From an uncultured Gemmatimonadaceae bacterium (GTDB lineage: Bacteria; Gemmatimonadota; Gemmatimonadetes; Gemmatimonadales; Gemmatimonadaceae), in NCBI GenBank assembly GCA_963822945.1, contig CAWGJO010000020.1, positions 288,001 to 352,000 of the forward strand: 64,000 nt of DNA, read 5' to 3'. The notes beneath the pieces are model-generated. The model was not told where the DNA came from. It saw only the letters and a list, made by a program, of their open reading frames with translations, and made no database searches. Positions 22,253 through 32,452 of this stretch are shown piece after piece (position 1 is the stretch's first letter; each line of letters opens with the position of its first letter). The translations under genes and the position numbers were made by a program.

Positions 22253-23284
22253 ATGCACGAGAATCTCGAGTACCACGGTTCCTTCCACCTGGTCCGTAAG
22301 GTGGCCGAGGGCGGGATGGCCACTGTGTATGAAGCCGAACAGCTCGGCCCGTCAGGATTCGCCAAGCGGATTGCGCTCAAGGTGATCCATCCGGAGCTGG
22401 CCGAGCGTCGCGAATTTCTGCAGCTGTTCATCGACGAAGCGAAGCTCTCGGCCAACCTGATGCACGGCAACATCGTCCAGATCTACCAGTTGGGCGAGGT
22501 GAACGAGCAGTACTTCATCGCGATGGAGTACATCCAGGGTCCGACCCTCCGCAGCGTCATCGAACGTCACTACGAGTTGGGCCGGCCCATCGCGGCGACG
22601 CTGGTGGCGTACATCGGCAGCCGTCTCTGCCGGGCGCTCGATTTCGCGCACAACGCCGTGGGACCGGACGGCCGGCGTCTCGACGTCGTGCACCGCGACG
22701 TTTCGCCCGGCAACGTGATGATCACCTGGGACGGGCACATCAAACTCGGCGACTTCGGTATCGCCAAGGCGCGAACGTCCATCGACCCCGCCTCCGAGCA
22801 GCACGTCCGGATGGGGAAGAAGCGGTACATGAGTCCGGAGCAGGTGCTCGGCACCATCGTCGATGCGCGGAGCGACGTATTCTCGCTCGGCGTCGTGCTG
22901 TACGAGCTCCTCGCGTTGAGTCCGCTGTTTCACGAAGACAACACGGCGCTCTCTGTGGAGGAGGTGGTCCTGCGCCCGCTCCCCGATCTCCGGTCGCGCA
23001 TCACCGACCTCGACCCCGAACTCGGCGAGATCCTGCAACTCTCGCTGCAGCGCAATCCCGCCGAGCGCGCCACGGCGGCGCAACTCGGCACCCTCCTGGA
23101 CGAGTGGATCGTCACCCAGAGCGACCGCGCCGGCGCGTCACCGGATCGGTTGCAACTGCACCTGGCAGAAATCTTCCCGACCACCTTCCAGGCGCGATCT
23201 GAGGCAATCTCAGGTGGAGCGAAGACGGTTTCGGCGGCGTTCAAGAAGAAGCGTGGCTCCATCATCGCGCGACTGTTCGGCTGA
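22253..23284 (+). CDS. Hanks-type Ser/Thr protein kinase (soluble)
   Basis: EGGMATVY, IALK, HRDVSPGN, DFG, YMSPEQ, SDVFSLG. Confidence 0.95.
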   Translation: MHENLEYHGSFHLVRKVAEGGMATVYEAEQLGPSGFAKRIALKVIHPELAERREFLQLFIDEAKLSANLMHGNIVQIYQLGEVNEQYFIAMEYIQGPTLRSVIERHYELGRPIAATLVAYIGSRLCRALDFAHNAVGPDGRRLDVVHRDVSPGNVMITWDGHIKLGDFGIAKARTSIDPASEQHVRMGKKRYMSPEQVLGTIVDARSDVFSLGVVLYELLALSPLFHEDNTALSVEEVVLRPLPDLRSRITDLDPELGEILQLSLQRNPAERATAAQLGTLLDEWIVTQSDRAGASPDRLQLHLAEIFPTTFQARSEAISGGAKTVSAAFKKKRGSIIARLFG

Positions 23285-23298
23285 CCGACGAACCGGCC

Positions 23299-23482
23299 GG
23301 TAGGTCGGTAGGTCGTAGGTCGGTCAGGTCGGTAGGTCGGTAGGTCGGTAGGTCGGTAGGTCGGTAGGTCGGTAGGTCGGTAGGTCGGTAGGTCGGTAGG
23401 TCGGTAGGTCGGTAGGTCGGTAGGTCGGTAGGTCGGTAGGTCGGTAGGTCGGTAGGTCGGTAGGTCGGTAGGTCGGTAGGTC
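23299..23482 (+). repeat. Octamer tandem array (GGTAGGTC) x ~23
   Basis: 19 perfect units 23331-23482 preceded by 2 perfect units and one 7-nt and one 9-nt variant. Confidence 0.97.
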
Positions 23483-23544
23483 GGGCGAGACACTAACGCT
23501 TCTTCACCCGATTCGCTGTTTCCGTGATTCCGTTTCCCCGCGGC

Positions 23545-23607
23545 TTCGGCCCTGCGTCGTTTCGGCCCTGCGCCGTTCATCGGCCCTGCGCCGTTTCGGC
23601 CCTGCGC
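23545..23607 (+). repeat. Four copies of a ~16-nt repeat TTCGGCCCTGCGYCGT
   Basis: Units start at 23545, 23561, 23577 (2-nt insertion) and 23595 (truncated). Confidence 0.85.
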
Positions 23608-23652
23608 TTCTTCGAGGTTCCGCCTCTTCACGGAATTACATTTCCCTTTCTC

Positions 23653-24198
23653 ATGAAGATCTACACGAGAACCGGCGACGCCGGCGATACCGGCCTGTTC
23701 GGCGGCGGGCGTACGCCCAAGAGCGATCCGCGGGTCGAAGCCTACGGCGACGTCGACGAGCTGAATGCGGCGCTCGGACTCGCCCGGGCGAGTGAATTGA
23801 TGCCCCGCATCGACGAGGTGCTGGTGCCCATCCAGCGCGATCTGTTCGCCATCGGCGCACTGTTGGCAACGCCCGATCGCGACAAGATGAAGCAGCAACT
23901 CGAGAAGGCGCGCATCGACGACGGGCGCATCGCGGAACTCGAGCACGCGATCGACGACGGCGACGCCGAGTTGGAACCGCTGCGGTCGTTCATCATTCCC
24001 GGCGGCACCCCGAAAGCTGCGGCCCTGCATCTTGCGCGCACCGTCTGCCGGCGCGCGGAACGACGCGTGGTCGCGCTGCGGAGCACGGCCGAAGTGCCCG
24101 ACGTCGTGGTTGTGTATCTCAACCGCCTGTCGGACCTGCTGTTCACCCTCGCCCGCGTGGCGAATCGCCGCGCCGGTGCGGGCGAGGTCACGTGGTGA
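23653..24198 (+). CDS. ATP:cob(I)alamin adenosyltransferase (PduO type)
   Basis: MKIYTRTGDAGDTGL, YGDVDELNA, FIIPGG, RTVCRRAER, YLNRLSD. Confidence 0.95.
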   Translation: MKIYTRTGDAGDTGLFGGGRTPKSDPRVEAYGDVDELNAALGLARASELMPRIDEVLVPIQRDLFAIGALLATPDRDKMKQQLEKARIDDGRIAELEHAIDDGDAELEPLRSFIIPGGTPKAAALHLARTVCRRAERRVVALRSTAEVPDVVVVYLNRLSDLLFTLARVANRRAGAGEVTW

Positions 24199-24223
24199 AC
24201 GCTCGGCCCCGGGGAGCGGGACG

Positions 24224-25305
24224 GTGATCGATCCGGGGTACCGGGTTCACGTCCTGCCGGGAGCACTCGACGCGGTCGGCGGCGTGGCCCGGGTGGCCGT
24301 TCGCGCGCATCGCTATGCGATCGTCACCGACTCCAATGTGGGGCCGTTGTATGCAGCCCAGGTCGAGGCGGCGCTCGCCGGCCTGGCCGCGCACGTGTTC
24401 ACCATCCGTGCCGGGGAGACGCACAAGACGCGCGACACCTGGACGACGGTCACGGACCAGATGCTCGACGCGGGATTCGGCCGCGACTCGGCGGTCATCG
24501 CGCTCGGCGGCGGTGTGGTGGGCGACCTCGCGGGATTCGTGGCGGCGACGTTCATGCGCGGCATTCCGTTCATCCAGATGCCGACGAGCCTGCTCGCCAT
24601 GCTCGACGCCTCGATCGGCGGCAAGACCGGCGTGGACACGCGAAGCGGCAAGAATCTCGTCGGCGCGTTTCACCAACCATCCGCGGTGATCATCGATCCC
24701 GCGGTGCTGGCGACGCTGCCTCGCAACCAGTTCAGGTCCGGCCTGAGCGAGGCGCTCAAGCACGGCGTGATTGCCGACCGGGCACACTTCAACGCGGTGG
24801 CCGCGCTGGCGGCGGAGCATCGCGATCGCCTGCCCGATCTCCGGGCGGTCAGCGCACTCATCGCGCGGAGTGTGGAGATCAAGTCGGCCGTCGTCGCCGC
24901 GCGACACGCGCGAGGCGGGGCGACGCAAGACGCTGAACTTCGGCCACACGCTCGGCCATGCAATCGAGCATCTCAGCGGATACCGGTTGCTGCACGGCGA
25001 GGCCGTCGCCATCGGCATGTGCCTGGAATCAACATCGCCGAACGGGCCGGAGTTGCCGTCGCCGGCACGGCCGACCGCATCCGCACCGCCGTGGAAGCCG
25101 CGGGGCTCCCCACGCAGCGGCCGGCCGATCTCGAACCCGCGGCAATCCTTCAGGCCACGCACGGCGACAAGAAGGGACGCCGGGGCCGTGCCGAGTATGC
25201 GCTACCGGTGGATCTCGGCCGCATGGCCTTCGATGATCGCGGGTGGTCGGCGCCGATGGACGATCGCTGGTGCTCGAAGCACTGCAGCGAACGACGCGGG
25301 AATAG
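24224..25305 (+). CDS. aroB: 3-dehydroquinate synthase, frameshifts near 24900, 25027 and 25263
   Basis: [53 protein letters not shown] and HGEAVAIGM in the second frame. Confidence 0.92.
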
Positions 25306-25663
25306 CTGGCCGAGCATCGCCCGTCTCTGAGTTCTGCAGTTCCGCGCCACGATCGGAGCAGTGTATCGGAAATCGCCGCGCGCGTGGGATTCCGGCGAGA
25401 GGCCCCCCACCACCTTCGGCTAATTTTCGGAAACGATGACCGAACTTCATTTCGTTTTAGCCGCATTGGAATCTGTACATATGCAAATTTCTGCCACACA
25501 CAGACTTAGCTTGGTAAACACATGGATCGGTGTGATGGTCAACTGTCACCACTGTTGACGCTTCCTCCGCCCGACGTTAACGTGCCCGTCCCTGCCAGTC
25601 ACCGGCGTGTCGCGAGCCTTTCCGCTCGTTCCCACCTTCCCGCTTTCAGTGATAGGGGCGTGT

Positions 25664-26554
25664 ATGGAGCAAGTGACCGAAACCAGGTCCAAGGGATACT
25701 TCCGCTCGTCTCCCTCCTCGGCTTTCGACCAGTACCTGCAGGACATCCAGAAACTCCCCCTCATCGACGACCCGCAGGAAGAGCGACGGCTGGCACGCCG
25801 GGCTCAGAAAGGTGACGAGAAAGCAGCCGAGCGGCTGGTCACCGCGAATCTCCGATTCGTGATCTCGTACGTGAAGAAGTACCAGGGCCACGGACTCGAC
25901 CTGAGTGAACTCGTGGCGATCGGGAACGAGGGCCTGCTCAAGGCCGTTCGCAAGTTCGATCCCGACCAGGGCGTGAAGTTCATTTCCTACGCCGTGTGGT
26001 GGGTGCGCCAGGCCGTCCTCAAGGCGCTCGCCGAGCAGACCCGTTCGGTGCGCATCCCACTCAACCAGAATTCGCAGCTCATCCGGCTGGCGCGCGCCGA
26101 GACGGTGCTGGCCCAGGTGCTCAAGCGCGACCCGACCGAGAACGAGATCGGCCGCCTGCTCGACGAGTCGCCGGAGGCGATCCGGACCGCCAAGCAGATG
26201 TCGGCCACCGAAGTCTCGCTCGACGCGCCCATCGATCGCTCCGACCGCGAAGCCTCCACGCTCGGCGAGCGGTTCGCCGGCGTCGACGGCTCCGAGATCG
26301 AAGAGGTCACCGACTACAAGCTGATGCGCGAGTTCATCGACCGCGTGTTCAAGAAGTATCTCACGCCGCGCGAGCGGAAGATCCTCTACCTCTACTACGG
26401 GCTCGAGGAAGGCAGCGAGGCGATGACGCTCGAGAAGATCGGTGCGTTGATGGGCGTGACGCGCGAACGTATCCGGCAGATTCGCGAGCGCGCGTTCGAG
26501 AAGTTGCGCGAAAGTCCCGACGGGCGTGCGCTGTGCGGCTTCTGGGCCGCGTAG
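25664..26554 (+). CDS. RNA polymerase sigma-70 factor, RpoD/SigA family lacking region 1.1
   Basis: YLQDI, LVTANLRFVISY, FDPDQGVKFISYAVWWVRQA, RSVRIP, TLEKIG...TRERIRQI. Confidence 0.93.
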   Translation: MEQVTETRSKGYFRSSPSSAFDQYLQDIQKLPLIDDPQEERRLARRAQKGDEKAAERLVTANLRFVISYVKKYQGHGLDLSELVAIGNEGLLKAVRKFDPDQGVKFISYAVWWVRQAVLKALAEQTRSVRIPLNQNSQLIRLARAETVLAQVLKRDPTENEIGRLLDESPEAIRTAKQMSATEVSLDAPIDRSDREASTLGERFAGVDGSEIEEVTDYKLMREFIDRVFKKYLTPRERKILYLYYGLEEGSEAMTLEKIGALMGVTRERIRQIRERAFEKLRESPDGRALCGFWAA

Positions 26555-26577
26555 GCCGCCGAGCGGACCGACCAATG

Positions 26578-26608
26578 AACCCCCGGCGAAATCGCCGGGG
26601 GTTTTTTT
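26578..26608 (+). terminator. Rho-independent terminator
   Basis: AACCCCCGGCGA-AA-TCGCCGGGGGTT stem running into a T7 tract, downstream of the sigma gene. Confidence 0.9.
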
Positions 26609-26692
26609 CTTGCCCTCGCGGCACGGCGCGCGCATGCCCGCCGCCCGATACATATCACTGTATGTGCCTCGCCCCGTTCACCGACGCCCGCC

Positions 26693-28171
26693 GTGACCGC
26701 CGCGCCTGACGTCGGCGCCGGCGCCGGCGCGGTCGACGCACGACTCGCCGCGCGCCTCGCCGCCATCGTCGGCGAGCGCCGCGTCCTGTTGCGCCGCAGC
26801 GACCTGGTAGCGTACAACTCCGACGGCCTCCCGTCGTATCGCCGACAGCCGTCGTGCGCCGTCTTCCCCGGCACGCGCGCCGAAGTCGTGGAGGTCGTGC
26901 GGACGCTGGCCGACGCAGGCGTGCCATTCGTGCCGCGCGGTGCGGGAACGGGGTTGTCCGGGGGCGCGCTCGCCGACGGGGTGGTGCTGCTCGGACTCAA
27001 CCGCCTGACACGCATTCTCTCCATCGACGCCGAGAACCGGATGGCCGTGGTGGAGCCCGGCGTGGTGAACGTGGCGCTCAGCCGCGCCGCCGCGCCCTAC
27101 GGCCTGCACTATGCCCCCGACCCGTCGAGCCAGGCGGCGTGCACCATCGGCGGCAACGTGGCCGAGAACGCCGGCGGTCCGCACTGTCTGAAGTACGGCG
27201 TGACCACCAATCACGTCGTCGCCCTCACCGTGGTGCTCCCGGACGGGGAGGTCGTGACGCTCGGCCGGGCCGACGCCGAATCCGAAGGCTACGACCTGGT
27301 CGGCGCGTTCGTCGGGTCCGAAGGGTGTTTCGGCGTGGCGCTCGACATCACGGTGCGTCTCACCCCGAACCCCGAGGCGGTCCGGACGCTGCTCGCCGAC
27401 TTCACGAGTCTCGATGCCGCGGCCCGCTCGGTGTCGGCCATCGTGGCCAGCGGCATTCTGCCCGCGGCACTCGAGATGCTGGACGCGCCCACCATCCGCG
27501 TCGTGGAAGCGTCCATCTATGCCGCCGGCTACCCGGTGGACGCGGCTGCCGTTCTGCTCATCGAACTCGACGGGGCACTGGCCGGCCTCGAGCAAGACGT
27601 GGCCGCCGTGGAGAGCATGTGCCGGGCCGAGGGAGCGCGGTCGGTGCGCGTCGCCCGCGACGAAGCCGAACGTGCCCGGCTCTGGCAGGGCCGCAAGAAG
27701 GCGTTCGGCGCCATGGGCCGCCTCTCATCCCATCTCGTCGTGCAGGACGCGGTCGTTCCGCGCACGCAGCTGCCCCACGTGCTCGCCGCCATCCAGGCGA
27801 TCGCCGACGAGTATCGCATCACCGTGTGCAACGTGTTCCACGCGGGCGACGGAAACGTGCATCCGAACGTCGCGTACGACGCCGGCGATCCCGACGAGAC
27901 CGCGCGCGTGCATGCGGCAATGCGGGAGATCATGCAGGCCTGCATCGCGGCCGGCGGCACGATCACCGGCGAGCACGGCGTGGGACTGGACAAGCTTCCG
28001 TACATGGACGCCATCTTCTCGCCGTCGTCGCTTCGCGCCATGTGCGACCTGCGCGACGTGTTCGACCCCGCGCGCCGCGCCAACCCCGGCAAGGTGGTGC
28101 CCGTCCACAGCTGCCGCGAGTGGCGCATGGCACCCGCCGGCCGGCCCCGCGTGCAGGGCGAACCCCGATGA
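26693..28171 (+). CDS. glcD: Glycolate oxidase subunit GlcD (FAD-linked oxidase)
   Basis: PRGAGTGLSGG, APDPSS..CTIGGNVAENAGG, HAGDGN, GEHGVG. Confidence 0.88.
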   Translation: MTAAPDVGAGAGAVDARLAARLAAIVGERRVLLRRSDLVAYNSDGLPSYRRQPSCAVFPGTRAEVVEVVRTLADAGVPFVPRGAGTGLSGGALADGVVLLGLNRLTRILSIDAENRMAVVEPGVVNVALSRAAAPYGLHYAPDPSSQAACTIGGNVAENAGGPHCLKYGVTTNHVVALTVVLPDGEVVTLGRADAESEGYDLVGAFVGSEGCFGVALDITVRLTPNPEAVRTLLADFTSLDAAARSVSAIVASGILPAALEMLDAPTIRVVEASIYAAGYPVDAAAVLLIELDGALAGLEQDVAAVESMCRAEGARSVRVARDEAERARLWQGRKKAFGAMGRLSSHLVVQDAVVPRTQLPHVLAAIQAIADEYRITVCNVFHAGDGNVHPNVAYDAGDPDETARVHAAMREIMQACIAAGGTITGEHGVGLDKLPYMDAIFSPSSLRAMCDLRDVFDPARRANPGKVVPVHSCREWRMAPAGRPRVQGEPR

Positions 28172-29316
28172 TCGAGACGCGGGAGGTCGCCGACCGGGTA
28201 CGCGACGCCGCGCGCACGCGGCGCACGGCTGCGCGTGAGCGGACGGGGCCACTGGATGGCAGCCAATCGCCCGGTGGACGCCGACGAGACGCTGTCGCTG
28301 CGCGCCTGCACCGGCATCGTGGAATACGTGCCGGGCGATTTCGTGCTCACCGCACGTGCGGGAACGCCGCTGGCCGAGATCGCCGATGCCGCCGGCGCGG
28401 CCGGGCAGTGGCTGCCGCTGGATGCGTATGGGGAGGACGACGGCAGTATCGGCGCCACCGTCGCCACCGGCTTCTTCCGGTCCGCTAGCTGCGACATTCG
28501 GTACGCCGCGCGACCACCTGCTGGGCATCGAATTCGTCACCGGGGCCGGCGATATCGTGCGCGGCGGCGGACGCGTGGTGAAGAACGTTGCCGGCTTCGA
28601 CCTCGTGCGGCTCGCAACCGGCGCATGGGGAACGCTCGGTGTACTCACCGACGTCACGGTGCGCCTCCGTGCCCTGCCCGCGGCACAGGAGACCCTGGCC
28701 CTGGCGCTGGACGCCGACCCGGAGACGATCGCACGGCTGAGCGCTGCAGCTGCGCGCGCTGCACCCGGCCCCGATGGCCTGCGAGTTGGTGAACGGCGAA
28801 CTGGCCGCTCGCCTCGACCTGCCACCGGCGCCGACGCTGCTGGTTCGCATCGGTGGGAACGCCGAATCGATGCGCGCCCAGCGTGCCGCCCTCGCCTCGA
28901 TCGGCGCCGGCGCGTTCCGCGAGATCGACGGCGCCGCGTGGCCTCGCCTCCGAAGGGCGGCCTCGGTGGACGACGCCGTGTGGCGCATGTCGCGGAGCCC
29001 CTCGTCATTCGCCGCCACATGGATAGCGGCGCGGGACGCGTTGGCCGTCGCCGGCGGAACCTGGATGCACGGAAGCCCCCTGCGTGGCGTGGTGCGGTGC
29101 GGAGCGCCGGGCACGACCGACGGGGCAGCGGACGTCGAACGCCTGATGCGCGCGCTCACCACTCCCTTCGACGGCGCGCGCATCGGCGAAATCCTGCCCG
29201 CGCACGCCTGGTCGTCGCTCCCGTCGGCGACCATGGACCGCCTCTCGCGCGGCGTGCGCGCCGCGTTCGACCCGCGCGGTATTCTCAACCCGGGCATTCT
29301 CGGAGCGTCCGCATGA
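28168..29316 (+). CDS. glcE: Glycolate oxidase FAD-binding subunit GlcE, several frameshifts
   Basis: GIVEYVPGD, GGRVVKNVAGFDL, FDPRGILNPG split over different frames; between glcD and glcF. Confidence 0.82.
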
Positions 29317-30632
29317 CGGCAGTGAGACCGGAAGCGCCCGGCTGCGCGATTCCCGGCACCCCGCTGGCCCTGGCCGGCGCGGGCATCGATGCCTGCGTGC
29401 ACTGCGGATTCTGCCTGCAGAGTTGCCCCACATATCTGGCTCTCGAGAACGAGAACGACAGCCCACGCGGGCGTATCGTGCTCATGCGCGCGGTCTACGA
29501 CGGCACGCTGTCGGCGAACGACGAAACCGTGGAATCGCACATCGGCCGCTGCCTCGGATGCCGCGCGTGCGAGACGGCCTGCCCGTCCGGCGTGCCGTAC
29601 GGACAACTGCTCGAGGCAACACGCGCCACGCTGGCCATCCGTCGCCCGCTGCCCTTGCTGGCGCGCGCCCTCCTGGCGGTGTTCGCGCGACCCGCGCTGC
29701 TCCGGACCGCGATGCGTGTGGCCCGCGTGGCACGAGGAACACGGATGGCGGCGTTGGCGTCGCGACTGCCCGGCCGTGTCGGATTCGCATTCGCGATGCT
29801 CGATGCGACCCGGGTTCCCGTGGCACGTGCGCCGTACGACGCCGACGCGCCGCCGAGTCGCGATCGCGTGGCGCTGCTGGAAGGCTGCGTGATGGATGGC
29901 CTGTACGCGGAAACCAACCGGGCCACGGCGCGTGTGCTGAGAATGAACGGCTTCGCCGTGTCGGACGCGCCCGGTCAGCGGTGTTGTGGCGCGCTGCATG
30001 CGCATGCCGGCGACCTCGAGGGTGCCCGTGCGCTGGCACGTGCCAACATCGCGGCGTTCGAGCGATCGGGAGCCGATCGGGTGGCCGTGAACTCCGCCGG
30101 ATGCGGGGCGATGTGCAAGGAATACGGCCATCTGCTGGCCGGCGATCCCGCGTGGGCCGCACGGGCGGCGGCGCTGTCCGCCCGTGTGCGTGACGTGACC
30201 GAGTTGCTGGCCGAGGCCGGGCCGGCCCCGGCCCGCGCCGGGGGGACGCCGGTGCGCGTTGCCTACGACGCCCCCTGTCATCTCCTCCACGCCCAGCGCG
30301 TGGCCGACGCTCCCCTTCGCGTGCTCGGCGCCGCGCGGCCGCTGGAGTTGGTTCCACTGAACGGCGCCGACCAGTGTTGCGGCAGCGCCGGCATCTACAG
30401 TCTGCTGCAGCCGGCGATATCGCGGGCCGTCCTGGAATCGAAGCTGCGGGCCATCCGGGAGGCAGGGGTGACGCTGGTGGCCACCGGCAATCCCGGATGC
30501 CTGATGCAGATCGGCGCCGGATTGCGCAAGTCCGGGATCGGCGCCCGCACGGTCCATCCCGTGGATCTGCTCGACGCGGCGTACGCGAGGTCGGGCACGG
30601 ACGCGGGAGACGCCGGCGGGGCTCCGGGCTAG
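29313..30632 (+). CDS. glcF: Glycolate oxidase Fe-S subunit GlcF
   Basis: CVHCGFCLQSCP, CLGCRACETACP, CCGALH, CCGSAG, NPGC. Confidence 0.9.
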   Translation: MTAVRPEAPGCAIPGTPLALAGAGIDACVHCGFCLQSCPTYLALENENDSPRGRIVLMRAVYDGTLSANDETVESHIGRCLGCRACETACPSGVPYGQLLEATRATLAIRRPLPLLARALLAVFARPALLRTAMRVARVARGTRMAALASRLPGRVGFAFAMLDATRVPVARAPYDADAPPSRDRVALLEGCVMDGLYAETNRATARVLRMNGFAVSDAPGQRCCGALHAHAGDLEGARALARANIAAFERSGADRVAVNSAGCGAMCKEYGHLLAGDPAWAARAAALSARVRDVTELLAEAGPAPARAGGTPVRVAYDAPCHLLHAQRVADAPLRVLGAARPLELVPLNGADQCCGSAGIYSLLQPAISRAVLESKLRAIREAGVTLVATGNPGCLMQIGAGLRKSGIGARTVHPVDLLDAAYARSGTDAGDAGGAPG

Positions 30633-30686
30633 CCGTTGTGAATTCCCGGTGGCGACGTGCGCCCCGCCGGTATTAGATATTCAGCC

Positions 30687-31373
30687 ATGCTCGATGCACT
30701 GCTGCTGGAGCTGGAAGGAGTGGTGATCGATACGCGCGCCGCGCGCTTCGACGCCCTGGTCCGGGCGCTCGCCGACGACGGGATTGCGAATCTGCCCACC
30801 GGGGCCGCCGAGGAGCTGCTCGGCCGGTCGCCGCGCGACGCCGCAGGTGTGGCATCGCGGCTGCTCGGCGTCGCCGCCGATCCGACGACGCTCGATCTCA
30901 TCGGACTTCGCGCCGACCGGTACTTCACCGAGCGGGCGAGCCAGGGGATGTCGCTCCGCGAGGGCGCCCGCGTGCTGGTGACGATCGCGCACGCCCGTTC
31001 GCGTCTGGCGCTGGTGACGCGCGCCTCGCGGGCAACCGTTGACCTGCTGCTCGGCCTGTCGGGATTGCACGACGCATTCGAGGTGATCGTGTGCGCGGAC
31101 GACGTGCTGGACAACAAACCGGCCCCCGAGAGCTACACGCGCGCCCTGAACCGATTGCAGAATCGTCGGCCGCTGGCCCGGGACCGGGTGCTGGCGCTGG
31201 AGGACGCGCGATCGGGGATCCTGGCGGCGCGCGCGGCGGGAATTCGCTGCCTGGCGGTGGGCGACCTCCCCGCGCACCAGGCCGTGGAAGCCGACGGGCT
31301 CGTCCCGTCGCTGGCGGACGCCGGCCATGACGTGCTGTCGGAACTCGAACGCTGGGCGCACGAAGCCGCATGA
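30687..31373 (+). CDS. HAD-family phosphatase-like protein
   Basis: LLELEGVVIDT (Glu-substituted motif I), KPAPE, LEDA..GI.AARAAG. Confidence 0.8.
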   Translation: MLDALLLELEGVVIDTRAARFDALVRALADDGIANLPTGAAEELLGRSPRDAAGVASRLLGVAADPTTLDLIGLRADRYFTERASQGMSLREGARVLVTIAHARSRLALVTRASRATVDLLLGLSGLHDAFEVIVCADDVLDNKPAPESYTRALNRLQNRRPLARDRVLALEDARSGILAARAAGIRCLAVGDLPAHQAVEADGLVPSLADAGHDVLSELERWAHEAA

Positions 31374-32452
31374 CCACCGACAGCGTAGCCGGGAGAATCA
31401 CACCCACGTCGCCGGCGCTCGAGACGATCTCCGGCCGGCCCGTGGTTCTGACGTACTCCAACGTCGCGGCCGAGTATGGCGCGCTGCGCCAGCGGGCCGG
31501 CGTGGTCGATCGCAGCCAGCGCGTGCGGATCCGGCTGTCGGGACCGAAGGCCGCGGAGATGATCGCCGGCCTGGTCACGAACGACACGCAGGCACTCGAG
31601 GCGGGCCAGGGCCAGTACGCCGCCGCGCTCTCGCCCAAGGGCAAGGTCGTCGCCGACGTTCGCATCTTCGTGCAGGAGGACGGCGTGCTCACCGACACCG
31701 GCGCGCGCGCGGGTGAAGGGTGGCGCACGATGGTGAAGAAGTACGTCAACCCGCGTGTCGCGCCGCATGTCGACGAATCGGACACCACGCGGTCGCTCGG
31801 CGTCTTCGGTCCCACGGCACATCACGTGGTCGAAGCGATGACCGGCGTCAACGCGAGCGCGTTGGCCATCCTGCCTCCGTATGCGCACGTGCGCGTGGAG
31901 ATGGACGGCTCGATGCTGACCGTGGCGCGCACCCCCGAGCTGGTGGTGCAGGGATTCGAGTTCTTCCTGCCGGCGGCGATGTTCGACGACGTGTGGCAGC
32001 GCGCGATGCACGCCGGCGCCGTACCGTGCGGGCTCTCGGCCTGGGATGTGGCGCGCGTCGAGGCGGGACGGCCGGAGTGGGGCATCGACATGGACGACTC
32101 CACCCTCACGCAGGAGGCCAACCTCGACGACCTCCAGGCAATCAGCTACACCAAGGGCTGCTACGTGGGCCAGGAAGTCGTGGCGCGGGTGCACTTCAAG
32201 GGACACGTGAACCGGCACCTGCGCGGGCTGCGCGTTTCGGGAACGGCGGCGATCCCAACGGGCGCCGCGCTGGAAGACCCGGCCGGCAAGCCGGTGGGCG
32301 ACGTGCGGAGTTCCGTCGTCTCACCACGCCTCGGGCCCATCGCCCTGGGCATGGTGCGCCGCGAAGTCGAGCCCGGGACGACGCTCTCGGCGCGGTGGGA
32401 GGATGGCGAGGGGCGCGCAGACGTGTGCGCGCTTCCCTTCCCGAACGAATAG
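31370..32452 (+). CDS. YgfZ/GcvT-family folate-binding protein
   Basis: KGCYVGQEVVAR signature, RVEAGRP. Confidence 0.9.
   Translation: MTTDSVAGRITPTSPALETISGRPVVLTYSNVAAEYGALRQRAGVVDRSQRVRIRLSGPKAAEMIAGLVTNDTQALEAGQGQYAAALSPKGKVVADVRIFVQEDGVLTDTGARAGEGWRTMVKKYVNPRVAPHVDESDTTRSLGVFGPTAHHVVEAMTGVNASALAILPPYAHVRVEMDGSMLTVARTPELVVQGFEFFLPAAMFDDVWQRAMHAGAVPCGLSAWDVARVEAGRPEWGIDMDDSTLTQEANLDDLQAISYTKGCYVGQEVVARVHFKGHVNRHLRGLRVSGTAAIPTGAALEDPAGKPVGDVRSSVVSPRLGPIALGMVRREVEPGTTLSARWEDGEGRADVCALPFPNE

Noticed and set aside
20566..23607. Repeat arrays as CRISPR
   Set aside because: Units are 8-16 nt and contiguous with no unique spacers; no cas genes in the window.
23484..23652. Cobalamin riboswitch upstream of the adenosyltransferase
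   Set aside because: No B12-box or conserved core seen; the region consists of short repeats.
22930..24030. ORF with PTDLPTYR peptide repeats
   Set aside because: It is the translation of the GGTAGGTC array, antisense to the kinase and pduO genes.
28356..30632. Apparent GlcE-GlcF fusion
   Set aside because: Frameshift artefact; GlcE ends at 29316 with an ATGA overlap onto glcF.
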